A stretch of 64,000 nt of DNA from Candidatus Bathyarchaeia archaeon (GTDB lineage: Archaea > Thermoproteota > Bathyarchaeia > Bathyarchaeales > Bathycorpusculaceae). The translations under genes and the position numbers were made by a program. Below are positions 37,241 to 47,851 of the stretch, piece by piece; position 1 is the stretch's first letter; every line of letters starts with the position of its first letter. The stretch is taken from the NCBI GenBank assembly GCA_038727135.1, contig JAVYWL010000002.1, positions 96,001 to 160,000 of the forward strand, written 5' to 3'. The notes beneath the pieces are model-generated. The model had not been told where the DNA came from, did no database searches, and saw nothing but the letters and a program-made list of their open reading frames with translations.

Positions 37241-39688
37241 ATGAAAATGCCGAAAAAAGCGCTTTCAGTTATAACGCTTACTTTATTTTTAACGGGCATA
37301 TTGAATTCAACACTTAAAATTCGGCAGGTTAAATCGCAAAAAACATGGATCGTTGACGATGATGGACCAGCAGACTTCCACTCAATACAAGAGGCTATAA
37401 ACGCGGCAAGCGACGGAGACATTATACTTGTGTATAATGGAACTTATTATGAGAATATCGTTGTAAACAAGGCAGTTTCGCTTATCGGGGAAGATAAGAG
37501 TAATACGATTATTGATGGAAATGGAACATTAACGGAGATGGGAGTTGTCTCGCTTCAAGGCGTTAATTCGAGTATAAGAGGATTTACCATAAGAAACGGT
37601 GGGTACGGTATAAAAGTGTTTAGTTCATATGGCTATCTCCCAAAATTCACAGGACATATAATAGAGGACAATTGCATAATTAACAATTCTTATGGCGGCA
37701 TCTTCCTACAAACATGTGCAAACAACACCATATCAAATAACATTGTAGCAAATAATACTTTATTCGGAATCCACTTATGTCATGCAGGAAATAATACGCT
37801 AATAAATAATACCGTAGTTAACAACGGACATGGCATCGACTTCTACGGCAATTCAAACGATAATGTCCTCAGAAATAACAACATGACAAACAACTCGTAT
37901 AATTTTGGACTCATCTTGCGCGGAGAAACGCAACAGTTTCTGCGGGGTTTCAAAAAACCAGGGATAGTCAATGACGTGGATACTTCAAATACAGTCAACG
38001 GCAAACCGATCTATTATCTCGTTAACAAGAGCAATTTTCAAATACCGCCAAATGCGGGGTATGTGTGGCTAAATAACTGCACGAATATCACGGTTAATGG
38101 ATGCAAATTATCACATAACCTCCAAGGTTTGATGCTTCTATTCTGTAAAAACGCATCCATAATTAACAACAACATAACCAATAACGTATACGGTGCATTT
38201 ATCAGTGTTTTCAGCAGCAACAACCGTCTTATTGGAAACAGATTTGAAAATAACTTGAACGGCATTTTCTTCGATGCATTTACCAAACGCACAACCATGC
38301 GAAATAACGTTATAAGTGGAGGCAACGTGAACTTTGGTTTTAGGCCAGACATTGGGCGATACATCGATAGCTTTTCGGATTTGGAAAATGATATTGACAC
38401 TTCTAATACTGTGGATGGAAAGCCTATAATCTATTGGGTAAACAGGCAAAACCAAACGGTTCCAAAGAACGCTGGATACGTAATGTTAATAAATTCTTCA
38501 AATATTTTGGTCGAGAGTTTGAACTTATCAAATAATCTTCAAGGCATATATTTGCTTGGATCAAACAATATAACAATTGCAAACAATACAATAAGAGGGT
38601 CTATTTACGGTATTGACATCGACATCCTTAGCTGGATTGAGTGGATCGAACATGAACTGATACGGCATCGCATCTGTTCCTCCGACATAACCATAAAAGA
38701 AAACATTATTCTTAACAACGGAGTAGGCATATTCATCAGAGGTGACAATAGCACCATATATAATAATACGCTCTACAGAAATCCGCTGGGAATACTTGCA
38801 GATGTTAACAATAGCACCGTCTCCAGAAATATGATAACTGAAAGCAATTTGAGCACAACTGACCATGGACCCGATTTGTTAATTTTTTACTATCAAGAGC
38901 GAATGTGGGAATATTCGGTAGAATTAATGCGGATGGAAATAGGCGGTATTGTTCTAGGCGGAGGACATAATGTTATATATGGCAACACTGTGAAAGACAG
39001 CCAATACGGTTTAGTTATGTTCGACGGTGTTAGATACATGTGTGGCTTTGAAAACCTCGTTTTTCATAACAACTTCATTAATAACACGTACCAAGCAATT
39101 GGACCTTTTGCCCCGGAGAGAAACTACTACGATAATGGATATCCTTCAGGCGGGAACTACTGGAGCAATTATGATGGCCTAGACCTTTATAGCGGACTCT
39201 ATCAAAATGAAACTGGCAGTGATGGAGTTGGAGACACCCCCTTCATAGCATTTTCTGCTCTCGAACTAGATGTTACGGATAATTATCCACTCATGGCGCC
39301 GATTGAGATCTTTAACATTGACGAGAATGTTTTTGAAATCGTCAGCAATTCCCACCTTTCACATTTTAACCTTAGCATTGAACAGAAAATTTTAAGCTTT
39401 AATGTAACTGGAGTCGATGGACAAGCAGGGTTCTGCAGAATAACAATTCCAAACACTATAATCCAAAACTTGTGGCATGGAAACTATACAGTTTACTTTG
39501 ATGATGAACCAGTGCCCTTCAGAAGCTGGAAAGACCAGGAAAACACATACATATATATCAATTATACACATTCGGAACACAAAATAATGGTTGTGTCAGA
39601 GTTTCCATCAGTCATAATCTTACCTTCGCTAATGATTGTTACGATGCTTATTGTTGTCTATGTAAAAAAGAACAAGGGTAAATTATAG
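37241..39688 (+). CDS. Secreted parallel beta-helix (NosD/CASH) surface protein with C-terminal PEF-CTERM-like anchor
   Basis: Signal peptide; DF.SIQEAINAA..GD.I.V..GTYYEN; Asn-rich repeats; duplicated ND.DTSNTV.GKPI..YW/LVN unit; GGNYWS; SEFP + TM + basic tail. Confidence 0.88.
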   Translation: MKMPKKALSVITLTLFLTGILNSTLKIRQVKSQKTWIVDDDGPADFHSIQEAINAASDGDIILVYNGTYYENIVVNKAVSLIGEDKSNTIIDGNGTLTEMGVVSLQGVNSSIRGFTIRNGGYGIKVFSSYGYLPKFTGHIIEDNCIINNSYGGIFLQTCANNTISNNIVANNTLFGIHLCHAGNNTLINNTVVNNGHGIDFYGNSNDNVLRNNNMTNNSYNFGLILRGETQQFLRGFKKPGIVNDVDTSNTVNGKPIYYLVNKSNFQIPPNAGYVWLNNCTNITVNGCKLSHNLQGLMLLFCKNASIINNNITNNVYGAFISVFSSNNRLIGNRFENNLNGIFFDAFTKRTTMRNNVISGGNVNFGFRPDIGRYIDSFSDLENDIDTSNTVDGKPIIYWVNRQNQTVPKNAGYVMLINSSNILVESLNLSNNLQGIYLLGSNNITIANNTIRGSIYGIDIDILSWIEWIEHELIRHRICSSDITIKENIILNNGVGIFIRGDNSTIYNNTLYRNPLGILADVNNSTVSRNMITESNLSTTDHGPDLLIFYYQERMWEYSVELMRMEIGGIVLGGGHNVIYGNTVKDSQYGLVMFDGVRYMCGFENLVFHNNFINNTYQAIGPFAPERNYYDNGYPSGGNYWSNYDGLDLYSGLYQNETGSDGVGDTPFIAFSALELDVTDNYPLMAPIEIFNIDENVFEIVSNSHLSHFNLSIEQKILSFNVTGVDGQAGFCRITIPNTIIQNLWHGNYTVYFDDEPVPFRSWKDQENTYIYINYTHSEHKIMVVSEFPSVIILPSLMIVTMLIVVYVKKNKGKL

Positions 39689-39824
39689 TCTAAGGGGATA
39701 CAGCGGTCCCAAATCGATGTCTTTAACAAGAAAGAGATTTGGTTTTGTTAGCCGAAAATGCGTTAAAATTTTGACAAAAATGCTTAAAACAATTTTAAAT
39801 AGTCCTCAACAAATTTTGTGAGCG

Positions 39825-40832
39825 GTGAGCCAATTGCCATGCACAGTCATAGTTGGAGGCTTCTGGGGGGACGAGGGTAAAGGCAAGATAGTCTCCTACT
39901 TGGCTTTAAAAGACAAAGTGGATGTTTGCGTTAGAACAGGTTCTGTTAATGCGGCGCACACCGTCTGGGTTGAAGGAAAACGTTATGCGCTCCACATGGT
40001 TCCGTCAGCCTTCGTGTATGAAAAGTGCCGCCTCCTGATCGGTGCAGGCGCAAATATTCATGTGGCAAAATTCCTCGAGGAAGTGGAGCTTACAAATGTT
40101 AAAAATCGCATCGGCGTAGACCACCAAGCCTCAATAATTGAGGAGAAACACTCCGAACAGGACAGGACAAGCGCTCATTTGAAGGGCTTAGGCACCACTG
40201 GCTGGGGTGTTGGACCAGCCATAGAGGAACGTGTTCGCAGGACGGCAAAGCTTGCAAAGGACATAGCGGAACTAAAGCCCTACCTAACGGATGTTGCGGC
40301 AGAGGCAAATAACGCTATAGACACTGGCAAGAAGGTTCTATTGGAAGGAACACAAGGCGTCATGCTCTCGCTTTTTTACGGCACTTACCCATATGTTACT
40401 GGAAGAGACACAAGTGCTTCAGCAATATGCTCAGAAGCGGGTGTTGGACCAACAAAGGTTGACGAGGTCCTAATAGTTTTCAAATCCTTCATGACCCGCG
40501 TCGGCGCCGGACCATTGCCTGGAGAACTCCCAAGAGAGGAGGCTATAAAACGCGGATGGTTCGAGGTTGCCGCCGGAACAGGAAGGGAAAGACGGTCAGC
40601 CCCCTTCAACTTTGAAATAGCGAAAAGGGCTGTCATGTTAAATGGGGCGACACAAATAGCCCTAACAAAGCTTGACATCGTCTACCCAAAATGCAAAGGT
40701 GCAAGAAAATATGATGAGCTGACTCCAGAGGCTAAAGAGTTTGTAAGAGAAATTGAACGGCAACTAGGCATACCAGTGGTTTTAATCGGCACGGGACAAG
40801 AAGTCTTAGACATAGTGGACAGAAGAACCTAA
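39825..40832 (+). CDS. purA: Adenylosuccinate synthetase (short archaeal type)
   Basis: WGDEGKGK, NAAHT, LEGTQG..L....GTYPYVT, TRVGAGP, TKLD. Confidence 0.95.
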   Translation: MSQLPCTVIVGGFWGDEGKGKIVSYLALKDKVDVCVRTGSVNAAHTVWVEGKRYALHMVPSAFVYEKCRLLIGAGANIHVAKFLEEVELTNVKNRIGVDHQASIIEEKHSEQDRTSAHLKGLGTTGWGVGPAIEERVRRTAKLAKDIAELKPYLTDVAAEANNAIDTGKKVLLEGTQGVMLSLFYGTYPYVTGRDTSASAICSEAGVGPTKVDEVLIVFKSFMTRVGAGPLPGELPREEAIKRGWFEVAAGTGRERRSAPFNFEIAKRAVMLNGATQIALTKLDIVYPKCKGARKYDELTPEAKEFVREIERQLGIPVVLIGTGQEVLDIVDRRT

Positions 40833-40983
40833 CACATTCGCAAAGATGCAAACTTCATTGCACGTTTATCCTTGTCTCGCCGCCCAACACTACAGCATTA
40901 AGGATAATAGTGGGCTGTGCAAAATACGATTGATAACACGACATGGTGCGGCTCGCTTGCCAAAAAAAGCGTACAGAAAACTC

Positions 40984-42162
40984 ATGCGCATTGGCTTCCC
41001 AGTTGAAGTTCTAAACAGAGACCTAAAACTAATTTTCACATCAAACCTCATAGGCTCCTTCGGAGACGGCTTGTACGCTTACCTCCTCCCATACTACATG
41101 AAAGAAACTCTTAAGGCAAGTTCCGTTGAAATAGGCATTTTATACGCCCTCACAAGTCTAACAGCAGCGGTAACGCTTCTACTGGCGGGAGCCATCGCCG
41201 ACAAATACGACCGAAAGAAAATCATGATTGCCGGGTGGCTCGCGTGGGCTCCAGCCCCAATAATCTTCTCCATGGCAAAAGACTGGGTTCAAATGCTCCC
41301 CGGAATGGTTCTCTGGGGTTTTTGGCTTGGAGGACCAACAAGCACAGCCTACATAGTAACATCAGCCGACAAAAACAGGCTAACATTAACCTTTACAGTT
41401 ATATCCTCATCATGGTCTTTTGGCTACATTTTCTCGCCAGCCCTAGGCGGATACATGGCTGGAAAAGTAGGAATGCAAACAGTCTTCTACACGTCCTTCC
41501 TACTATACGCTTTGGCAGCCCTCATTTTAGCCTTCATGAGCAGCCAACACGCGCCAACCAGCCAACAAAAAACATCAAACCCATCAACGATAGAACTTTT
41601 GAAGGATAGAAAACTGATTAGAATGTCCGCCTTCTTCGCCTCCATAATGTTCGTCATGATGATGTTCCGCCCGCTGGTTCCCCAGTTCCTAGCAGACGCA
41701 TACCACTACGGAGACTTCGAAATAGGGGTTTTGGGCTCAATAGCCTTCTTCGGCTCAGCAGTTCTAGGCATAATACTGGGCAGAATCGGAGACAGATGGG
41801 GAAAGGAGTACGCACTTGCAGCATCAATGGTGTCGTGCAGCACATCCCTAACCATAATGCTTCTAACGGGCGACCTATACGTGCTCATGACAGCATTTTT
41901 CCTATCTGGAGCATCCTACATAACATGGTCCCTAATGAGCGCAATAATAGGACCACAAGCACCAGAACACATAAGGGCCAAATGGATATCCATACCCCAA
42001 ACAATAAGCATGTTCGCCTCAACAATAGCACCATACATCGGCGGAATCATATACGAAATCACAATCTATCACCCTTTCATAGCGGCAATAGGCGCATCAT
42101 TAATACTCGCCATAATCAGCCTCCCACAGCCTTCAGAAGTTTTATCTAACCAAAATGCTTGA
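40984..42162 (+). CDS. MFS transporter
   Basis: GAIADKYDRK and GRIGDRWGK loops; about 12 TM segments; start uncertain (track 40846). Confidence 0.88.
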   Translation: MRIGFPVEVLNRDLKLIFTSNLIGSFGDGLYAYLLPYYMKETLKASSVEIGILYALTSLTAAVTLLLAGAIADKYDRKKIMIAGWLAWAPAPIIFSMAKDWVQMLPGMVLWGFWLGGPTSTAYIVTSADKNRLTLTFTVISSSWSFGYIFSPALGGYMAGKVGMQTVFYTSFLLYALAALILAFMSSQHAPTSQQKTSNPSTIELLKDRKLIRMSAFFASIMFVMMMFRPLVPQFLADAYHYGDFEIGVLGSIAFFGSAVLGIILGRIGDRWGKEYALAASMVSCSTSLTIMLLTGDLYVLMTAFFLSGASYITWSLMSAIIGPQAPEHIRAKWISIPQTISMFASTIAPYIGGIIYEITIYHPFIAAIGASLILAIISLPQPSEVLSNQNA

Positions 42163-42182
42163 TTCTTCTAAAGGTGAACGGT

Positions 42183-43349
42183 ATGGGCGCATATTCTGTT
42201 ACGCACTTTTCAGCAGGCCTATTCGTCCTAGTGCTAATTGTTGGATTAATGGTTGGCGGAGCAATAACCACCTATATAACAACTCCGCAAATCAAAAACT
42301 TGAAAGCAGAAATTTCAAGATTAAGGGCTCAAGTCTCCGTGCTCTGGGGCCTCAAAAACATTCCATGCCAAAACCTCACAGTCGTCCAAAACTTGACAAC
42401 ACTATCCGATATTTACGAGAAAGTGAAAGACTCCGTGGTGCTAATCCGTGTTCAAACATGGAGCGGAACGGTTCAGGGCTCAGGCTTCATCTACAACTTC
42501 ACCGACGATAACACCAGCCAAATGGTTGTAATAACAAACTATCACGTTATCCACGGCGCAATAAGCATAAGTGTCACCTTCTTTGACGGAGAAGCCTACG
42601 AAGCCAAAGTATTGGGAAAAGACCCATACGCGGACTTGGCGGTGCTCGAAGTCATAGGCGCCCCAGTAGAGAAATTTAAACCACTCATAGTTGTCAGCTC
42701 CTCAACATTAAAGGTGGGCGACCCAGTAATAGCCATAGGAAACCCCTACGGCTTAATGGGTTCAATGACAACAGGCATCGTAAGCGCCCTTAATAGAACC
42801 ATTACTGAAGAAGAGTACGCTGGAGGATTTGCAATAGCCAACATAATCCAAATAAGCGCACCCATAAACCCCGGAAACTCCGGCGGCCCATTACTAAATT
42901 ACTGCGGTAATGTTGTTGGAATAACAACAGCCATAGTTGCAGACTCCCAAGGGCTAGGCTTCGCAATCCCATCAGACACGCTTCGCAGAGAAATATACGC
43001 GCTTGTTAAGTACGGAAATTACACGTGGCACTCTTACATGGGCATTAAAGGACGGGATATGGACTACGAAACAGCAAAAAACATGACTCTCCCAGTAACT
43101 TACGGCTGGCTTATATTGGAGATTATAGAAGATGGCCCTTCAAAGAACAAACTATATCCTAACGATGTTATAGTAGCCTTAAACGGCACCCGCATAAGAA
43201 ACGGAGACGATCTAGCAAGCTACCTTGAAGCAAACACAATTCCAGGAGATTGGCTTGAAGTAACAATCTGGCGAAAGACTGGCAACTCATGGCAACAAAT
43301 GAAAGTGCACATACAATTAGGTGTGAGACCTCCACCACCAGTACAGTGA
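42183..43349 (+). CDS. Membrane-anchored HtrA/DegP-like serine protease with PDZ domain
   Basis: Triad TNYHV / ADLAV / NPGNSGGP; N-terminal TM + coiled coil; C-terminal PDZ; AAGGTGA SD before ATG at 42183. Confidence 0.92.
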   Translation: MGAYSVTHFSAGLFVLVLIVGLMVGGAITTYITTPQIKNLKAEISRLRAQVSVLWGLKNIPCQNLTVVQNLTTLSDIYEKVKDSVVLIRVQTWSGTVQGSGFIYNFTDDNTSQMVVITNYHVIHGAISISVTFFDGEAYEAKVLGKDPYADLAVLEVIGAPVEKFKPLIVVSSSTLKVGDPVIAIGNPYGLMGSMTTGIVSALNRTITEEEYAGGFAIANIIQISAPINPGNSGGPLLNYCGNVVGITTAIVADSQGLGFAIPSDTLRREIYALVKYGNYTWHSYMGIKGRDMDYETAKNMTLPVTYGWLILEIIEDGPSKNKLYPNDVIVALNGTRIRNGDDLASYLEANTIPGDWLEVTIWRKTGNSWQQMKVHIQLGVRPPPPVQ

Positions 43350-43540
43350 ACGCAAGTTTCAGATAAGCGCTCCTTATCAGTTGCAACTCCGCGCATGAAA
43401 TCTCTAGCAAGCAGCAACAACTTTAAAACATCATTTTCTTTGGACGCCCAACCTTAACACGGGGCATGGCAAAACCTAAAATCATAATTTTGCGCTGCAC
43501 AATTAACACTTTCGCGCATGCCACACATTATTAAAAAGTG

Positions 43541-43618
43541 TGGTGGGGCTGCCCGGATTTGAACCGGGGTCTAGAGAGCCCAAGTCTCCAAGCCTAGACC
43601 AAGCTAGCCGACAGCCCC
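43541..43618 (-). tRNA. tRNA-Pro(TGG), CCA encoded
   Basis: GGGGCTG/CAGCCCC acceptor; GGAGA-CT-TGG-GC-TCTCT; T-loop TTCAAAT. Confidence 0.95.
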
Positions 43619-43696
43619 ACTAACATCAATAAGGTAAAATTTTAACAGAGGATTTAAAATGTTTCTCTTTGCCAAAAATATTATTGAGGGCTGTTC

Positions 43697-44026
43697 TCAA
43701 CGTTTTCTGACGCTACACTGAAGGACCTTTGGACAAACTAGACACTCGTCTGGTATTGGCATATCCCTCGGAATAGAGTTCAAGAAACCAAAATAATGGG
43801 CACATTTCGCGGGTGAATCAAGAACTTTTGGATATTCAGCCGGCCTAACATCAACTATACGCATGTTCTCGACGACAATGTCAATCTTCGACATGCAATA
43901 GGGACAAGCATAATAAGTCTGCCTCGGCAGCGTCGAATTATCCGTCAAAACAGCAGGCTTGCCAAAGGTTTTTCCGCACCCCTTATATGGACATTTAAGT
44001 TTTTCCTCGTGGTGAGGGAAACGCAT
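43697..44026 (-). CDS. Cys-rich zinc-finger hypothetical protein
   Basis: CPYKGC...CPYC and C.HYFG.L....IPDECLVCP..LQC. Confidence 0.75.
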   Translation of the reverse strand: MRFPHHEEKLKCPYKGCGKTFGKPAVLTDNSTLPRQTYYACPYCMSKIDIVVENMRIVDVRPAEYPKVLDSPAKCAHYFGFLNSIPRDMPIPDECLVCPKVLQCSVRKR

Positions 44027-44128
44027 GTGATTTTCATCTCCAACAGCGAATTTCAAGTTTATCTGTAATATTGATATTTAATAAACATTTCTGCTCACAC
44101 GTGCAACACAAATACAATTTGCATAATA

Positions 44129-44205
44129 TGGAGCCTCGGCCGGGCTTCGATCCCGGGACCTGCGGCTTACGAGGCCGCTGCTCTACCAGGCTGAGCCACC
44201 GAGGC
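44129..44205 (-). tRNA. tRNA-Thr(CGT), CCA encoded, atypical A54
   Basis: GCCTCGG/CCGAGGC acceptor; GCGGC-CT-CGT-AA-GCCGC; T-loop ATCGAAG. Confidence 0.93.
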
Positions 44206-44304
44206 GTATGGGCTATGATATTTTGAGAAAAGCCCACTTTTAAGATGTTCGGAAGCATTAGAATAGGTGAATGTAAGAACTTTTAAGGTCGCATCTCACA
44301 TATT

Positions 44305-45312
44305 TTGGATGGGTCGATTTTGAGTACGCTGAGGGATATCGGTGAGAGAAAGGCCATTGCGCTTATCTTAGAGAAATTAGAGAAGATGCCGCAAATGCCC
44401 ATTCCCTTCGGCGATGATGTTTCCGCCTATCCATTGGGCAGAAAACAGCTTCTCATTTTGAAGACGGACATGCTTGTTGGAAAAACAGATGTCCCAAAGG
44501 GTATGAGTTTTTGGCAAGCAGCCCGTAAGGCAGTGGTTATGAACGTAAGCGATTTTGCCGCGAAGGGCGTTAAACCTCTTGTTATACTGGTCTCTCTTGG
44601 AATGCCAAAGGATACGAAGAAAAAAGAGGTTGAAGAAATCGCAGAGGGCTTAAACGCAGGAGCCCGCGAATATGGAGCCTTCATCATTGGCGGGGATACC
44701 AACGAAGCTTCAGACATCATCATAAGCCTTTCAGTCTTCGGTCTAGCAAGAAAAGACCATGTGATGCTCCGTAACGGTGCTAAACCAGAGGATATAGTAG
44801 CTGTCACTGGCCTCTTTGGGAAAGCATCAGCTGGGTTAAAAATTCTTCTCGAAAAATTTGAGGCGCCAAGGGACATTCGCAATTTTCTTTTAGAAGCTGT
44901 TTACATGCCTAAAGCCCGTTTAAAGGAGGGTTTAGCCTTAAGCGCCACGAGGGCGGTCACATCCTCTATTGACTCGAGTGATGGGTTGGCTTGGAGTCTC
45001 TATGAGCTTTCGAAAGCTAGTGGCGTAGGCTTTGTTATAGAGGATGTCCCAGTGGCCCACGAAGCCGTTAAATTTGCTGAATTGAACAGTTTGGACCCGT
45101 TGGATTTAGCCCTTTACGGAGGCGAAGAGTACGAGCTTGTTTTAACAATAAAGCCTAACCTCTGGGATAAGGCGGAAGAAGCTGTTAAAAGTGTTGGCGG
45201 AAACCTCATCAAAATAGGGAGGGCAACCGCTGAAAAAAAGATAGTTCTTGAGGTTGAGGGTGAAAGGCGGGTTATTGAGCCTAGGGGTTGGGAGCATTTC
45301 AGAAAACACTAA
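44305..45312 (+). CDS. thiL: Thiamine-monophosphate kinase
   Basis: GDD, KTD, NVSDFAAKG, GGDT, DSSDGL, GGEEYEL, GWEHF. Confidence 0.93.
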   Translation: MDGSILSTLRDIGERKAIALILEKLEKMPQMPIPFGDDVSAYPLGRKQLLILKTDMLVGKTDVPKGMSFWQAARKAVVMNVSDFAAKGVKPLVILVSLGMPKDTKKKEVEEIAEGLNAGAREYGAFIIGGDTNEASDIIISLSVFGLARKDHVMLRNGAKPEDIVAVTGLFGKASAGLKILLEKFEAPRDIRNFLLEAVYMPKARLKEGLALSATRAVTSSIDSSDGLAWSLYELSKASGVGFVIEDVPVAHEAVKFAELNSLDPLDLALYGGEEYELVLTIKPNLWDKAEEAVKSVGGNLIKIGRATAEKKIVLEVEGERRVIEPRGWEHFRKH

Positions 45313-46366
45313 GATAAAGACTTTTTCTGCTTATCCAACCGTTAAAGAGGCAATCTTCTATGAAAAGCTAGGCGATAACAAGGTTAGGTGCAACCTCTGC
45401 GAGAGGAGATGCGAAATTGCAGAAGGCAATGTTGGATTCTGCAGAACAAGGAGGAATTTTGGCGGCAAACTATATACGCTTATTTATGGCGACATAAGTG
45501 CCGTTGAGAGCCGCCCAATAGAGATAAAGCCCTTCTTCCACTATTGGCCCGGTTCAACAGCCCTAACCTTTTCCACGTGGTCGTGCAACTTTGACTGCGT
45601 CTGGTGCCAAAACTATCACCTGTCAAAGGCTGCCCCAAATCCGGCTAAGGCAGTCTACTACTCTCCAGAAAAAATTGTTGAATTGGCCCTTGCCTATGGA
45701 GATGCTGGCTTATGTGCAAGTTTCCAAGAACCCACACTTTTGACTGAATGGGCTATTCAAGCCTTCAGCCTTGGCAAAAGCAAGGGAGTACAATATTGCT
45801 GTTACGTTTCGAATGGCTACATGACCTTTGAGGCCCTAAAAGCCCTTCGCGATGCTGGCATGGATGGGCTTAAGATAGACATTAAGGGCGACAATGAAAC
45901 CTACATAAGATATTGTGGCGGTGCTGACGTGGAGAAGGTTTGGAGGAACGCTGCAGAAGCAAAACGTTTGGATTTGCATGTTGAGATTGTGAATCTTGTT
46001 GTTAGCGGTGTCAACGACGGCGAAAACACTTTGCGTTGGATTATTGAAAATCATTTAAAACACGTGGGACCAGAAACACCGCTGCATTTTACAAGGTATT
46101 TCCCAGCCTACAAGTTTCACAATCCGCCCACAAGGGTTGAGACTTTGGAGAAGGCTTACGAGATGGCTAGAAAGGCTGGAGTCCTATACCCATACATTGG
46201 GAACATTACGGGGCACAGGTATGAAAACACTTACTGCCCAAACTGTGGAGAGACACTTATCAAGCGATATGGATATTATGTTTTAAAATATGCTATTACT
46301 AAGAATAAAAAGTGCCCAACGTGTGGAACCAGAATTCCCATAACTGGATATTATCTTGAAAGATGA
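45248..46366 (+). CDS. AmmeMemoRadiSam-type radical SAM enzyme (PFL-activating-like)
   Basis: C.LC.R.C, PIE.KPFFH..PG, CNFDCVWCQN, PLHFTRYFP, YIGN, TYCPNCG; exact start uncertain (overlaps thiL). Confidence 0.88.
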   Translation: MRLRVKGGLLSLGVGSISENTKIKTFSAYPTVKEAIFYEKLGDNKVRCNLCERRCEIAEGNVGFCRTRRNFGGKLYTLIYGDISAVESRPIEIKPFFHYWPGSTALTFSTWSCNFDCVWCQNYHLSKAAPNPAKAVYYSPEKIVELALAYGDAGLCASFQEPTLLTEWAIQAFSLGKSKGVQYCCYVSNGYMTFEALKALRDAGMDGLKIDIKGDNETYIRYCGGADVEKVWRNAAEAKRLDLHVEIVNLVVSGVNDGENTLRWIIENHLKHVGPETPLHFTRYFPAYKFHNPPTRVETLEKAYEMARKAGVLYPYIGNITGHRYENTYCPNCGETLIKRYGYYVLKYAITKNKKCPTCGTRIPITGYYLER

Positions 46367-46375
46367 CATGTTAGA

Positions 46376-47629
46376 CTAGGATTTTCTACCTTTGAGGGTT
46401 TCCCTCAGCCCAAAATATGTTGCAGCCCCGATGAATCTTCCCACGGCTGAGACTATATAAACTATCTGCAAGCCTAAAACTAAACCATATACGCTAACTG
46501 TTAGGTCGGATAAGTAGCCACCTATAAGAGAGCCGAAAAAAGTTACGGTTCCTATCAGTAGATTGTAGAAGGCTGTGAAGCTTCCCCTGTGCATTTCTGG
46601 AGAAACATCAAGTAAATAGGTTGTGACGCTTGCTTGCTCAAAAGCTGCAACAGCACCCCAGAAGGCACCTATAGCAGTTAGAACGTAAATGTTTGGGGAA
46701 AAAGCATAAGCTAATGGAACTGAAACGTAGCTGAATCTGACGAAGATGAGCAGCGGTTTTCTGCCTGCGGTGTCGGCGAGCCTCCCAGCCCACCTAATAA
46801 AAATTATCGTGAAAATTCCTTGGACCACGCTGAGCAACGCTATTTCCAACATTGAAGCCTTCAAGACTTTGACTTGAGTTATTGCGAACAACGGCCAAGC
46901 AATCGACATGAAGAAGGTGAAAATTGCGCTGCAAGTGCAATATTTAATAAAATCTGGAGACTCCTTCGCAACCCTTACAACATCAAACAAATCCTTCACA
47001 AAACTTTTCCTCGCCTTTTTATCACAATTCGTGTTGGCTTTCTCCTTAACATAAAACATAACAACTGATGATAATAATCCGCATGTTGTCGCAACAATTA
47101 TTGGAATTATAATTTGCTCTCTAACGGAACCCCCAATGGCCGTCATGATGGCCCCGGAAGCCATTGTGGCAAGAATGCTTCCAACAGAAGCCCACAGATT
47201 AACGGTGGCGTTTATCCTTCCCAAACGTGAAGATGGAACCAGGTCGCCTATGAGGGCGGTCCACGCTGGAACAGCCATTGAGCCGAGAAGTGCTTGCAAA
47301 CTTATTAAAATTATTAGTTGGCTTGCAGTCTTAATAAACAACATTGGAAGCCAAAGCAAGGCAACAATCAACCCGCCAAAAACAATGAAAGGCGTTCTCT
47401 GTCCAAGCCTGTCGCTTAGTCTCCCCCAGAAAACCTGCATAACATTATTTGATATGTTACTCATTGACTGGAACCAGCCCATATCAGAGGAGGAGGCGCC
47501 TAACTCCTTAACCGCGTAGGGACCGACAAACGGGTTTATCATACCAGTTCCGAGGGCGTTCGCTACTGAACGAACATAGACGATTTTCAGTTCCCTCTTA
47601 TTCTTGGATAGTTCATCACTTTCTGACAT
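46376..47629 (-). CDS. MFS transporter
   Basis: WGRLSDRLGQR and AGRLADTAGRK; 12 TM segments. Confidence 0.9.
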   Translation of the reverse strand: MSESDELSKNKRELKIVYVRSVANALGTGMINPFVGPYAVKELGASSSDMGWFQSMSNISNNVMQVFWGRLSDRLGQRTPFIVFGGLIVALLWLPMLFIKTASQLIILISLQALLGSMAVPAWTALIGDLVPSSRLGRINATVNLWASVGSILATMASGAIMTAIGGSVREQIIIPIIVATTCGLLSSVVMFYVKEKANTNCDKKARKSFVKDLFDVVRVAKESPDFIKYCTCSAIFTFFMSIAWPLFAITQVKVLKASMLEIALLSVVQGIFTIIFIRWAGRLADTAGRKPLLIFVRFSYVSVPLAYAFSPNIYVLTAIGAFWGAVAAFEQASVTTYLLDVSPEMHRGSFTAFYNLLIGTVTFFGSLIGGYLSDLTVSVYGLVLGLQIVYIVSAVGRFIGAATYFGLRETLKGRKS

Positions 47630-47851
47630 GGTGGTCTGCTTTCTATTGAAGTCACATCATTTTTAAGGAGAAGCTTAAAAGCTAAACGGTTCAGTCTAAC
47701 TCTTTTTAGACTTTTCTCCTTATCACATGAGCCGTTTCTGAAAAATTGGGGAACAATGTTGAAATTTCCATTTCTCGAGGGAAAATTTATATGAGGGTAA
47801 ATTTGGTTTTATTTCAATCTCATTTCTAGAGTCAGATTTTTGGGCGAGAAA

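Noticed and set aside
43352-43385. Hairpin GATAAG-CGCTC-CTTATC after htrA as an ncRNA
   Set aside because: Short stem between convergent genes; at most a terminator-like element.
44034-44258. 74-aa track ORF
   Set aside because: It is a translation of the tRNA-Thr gene.
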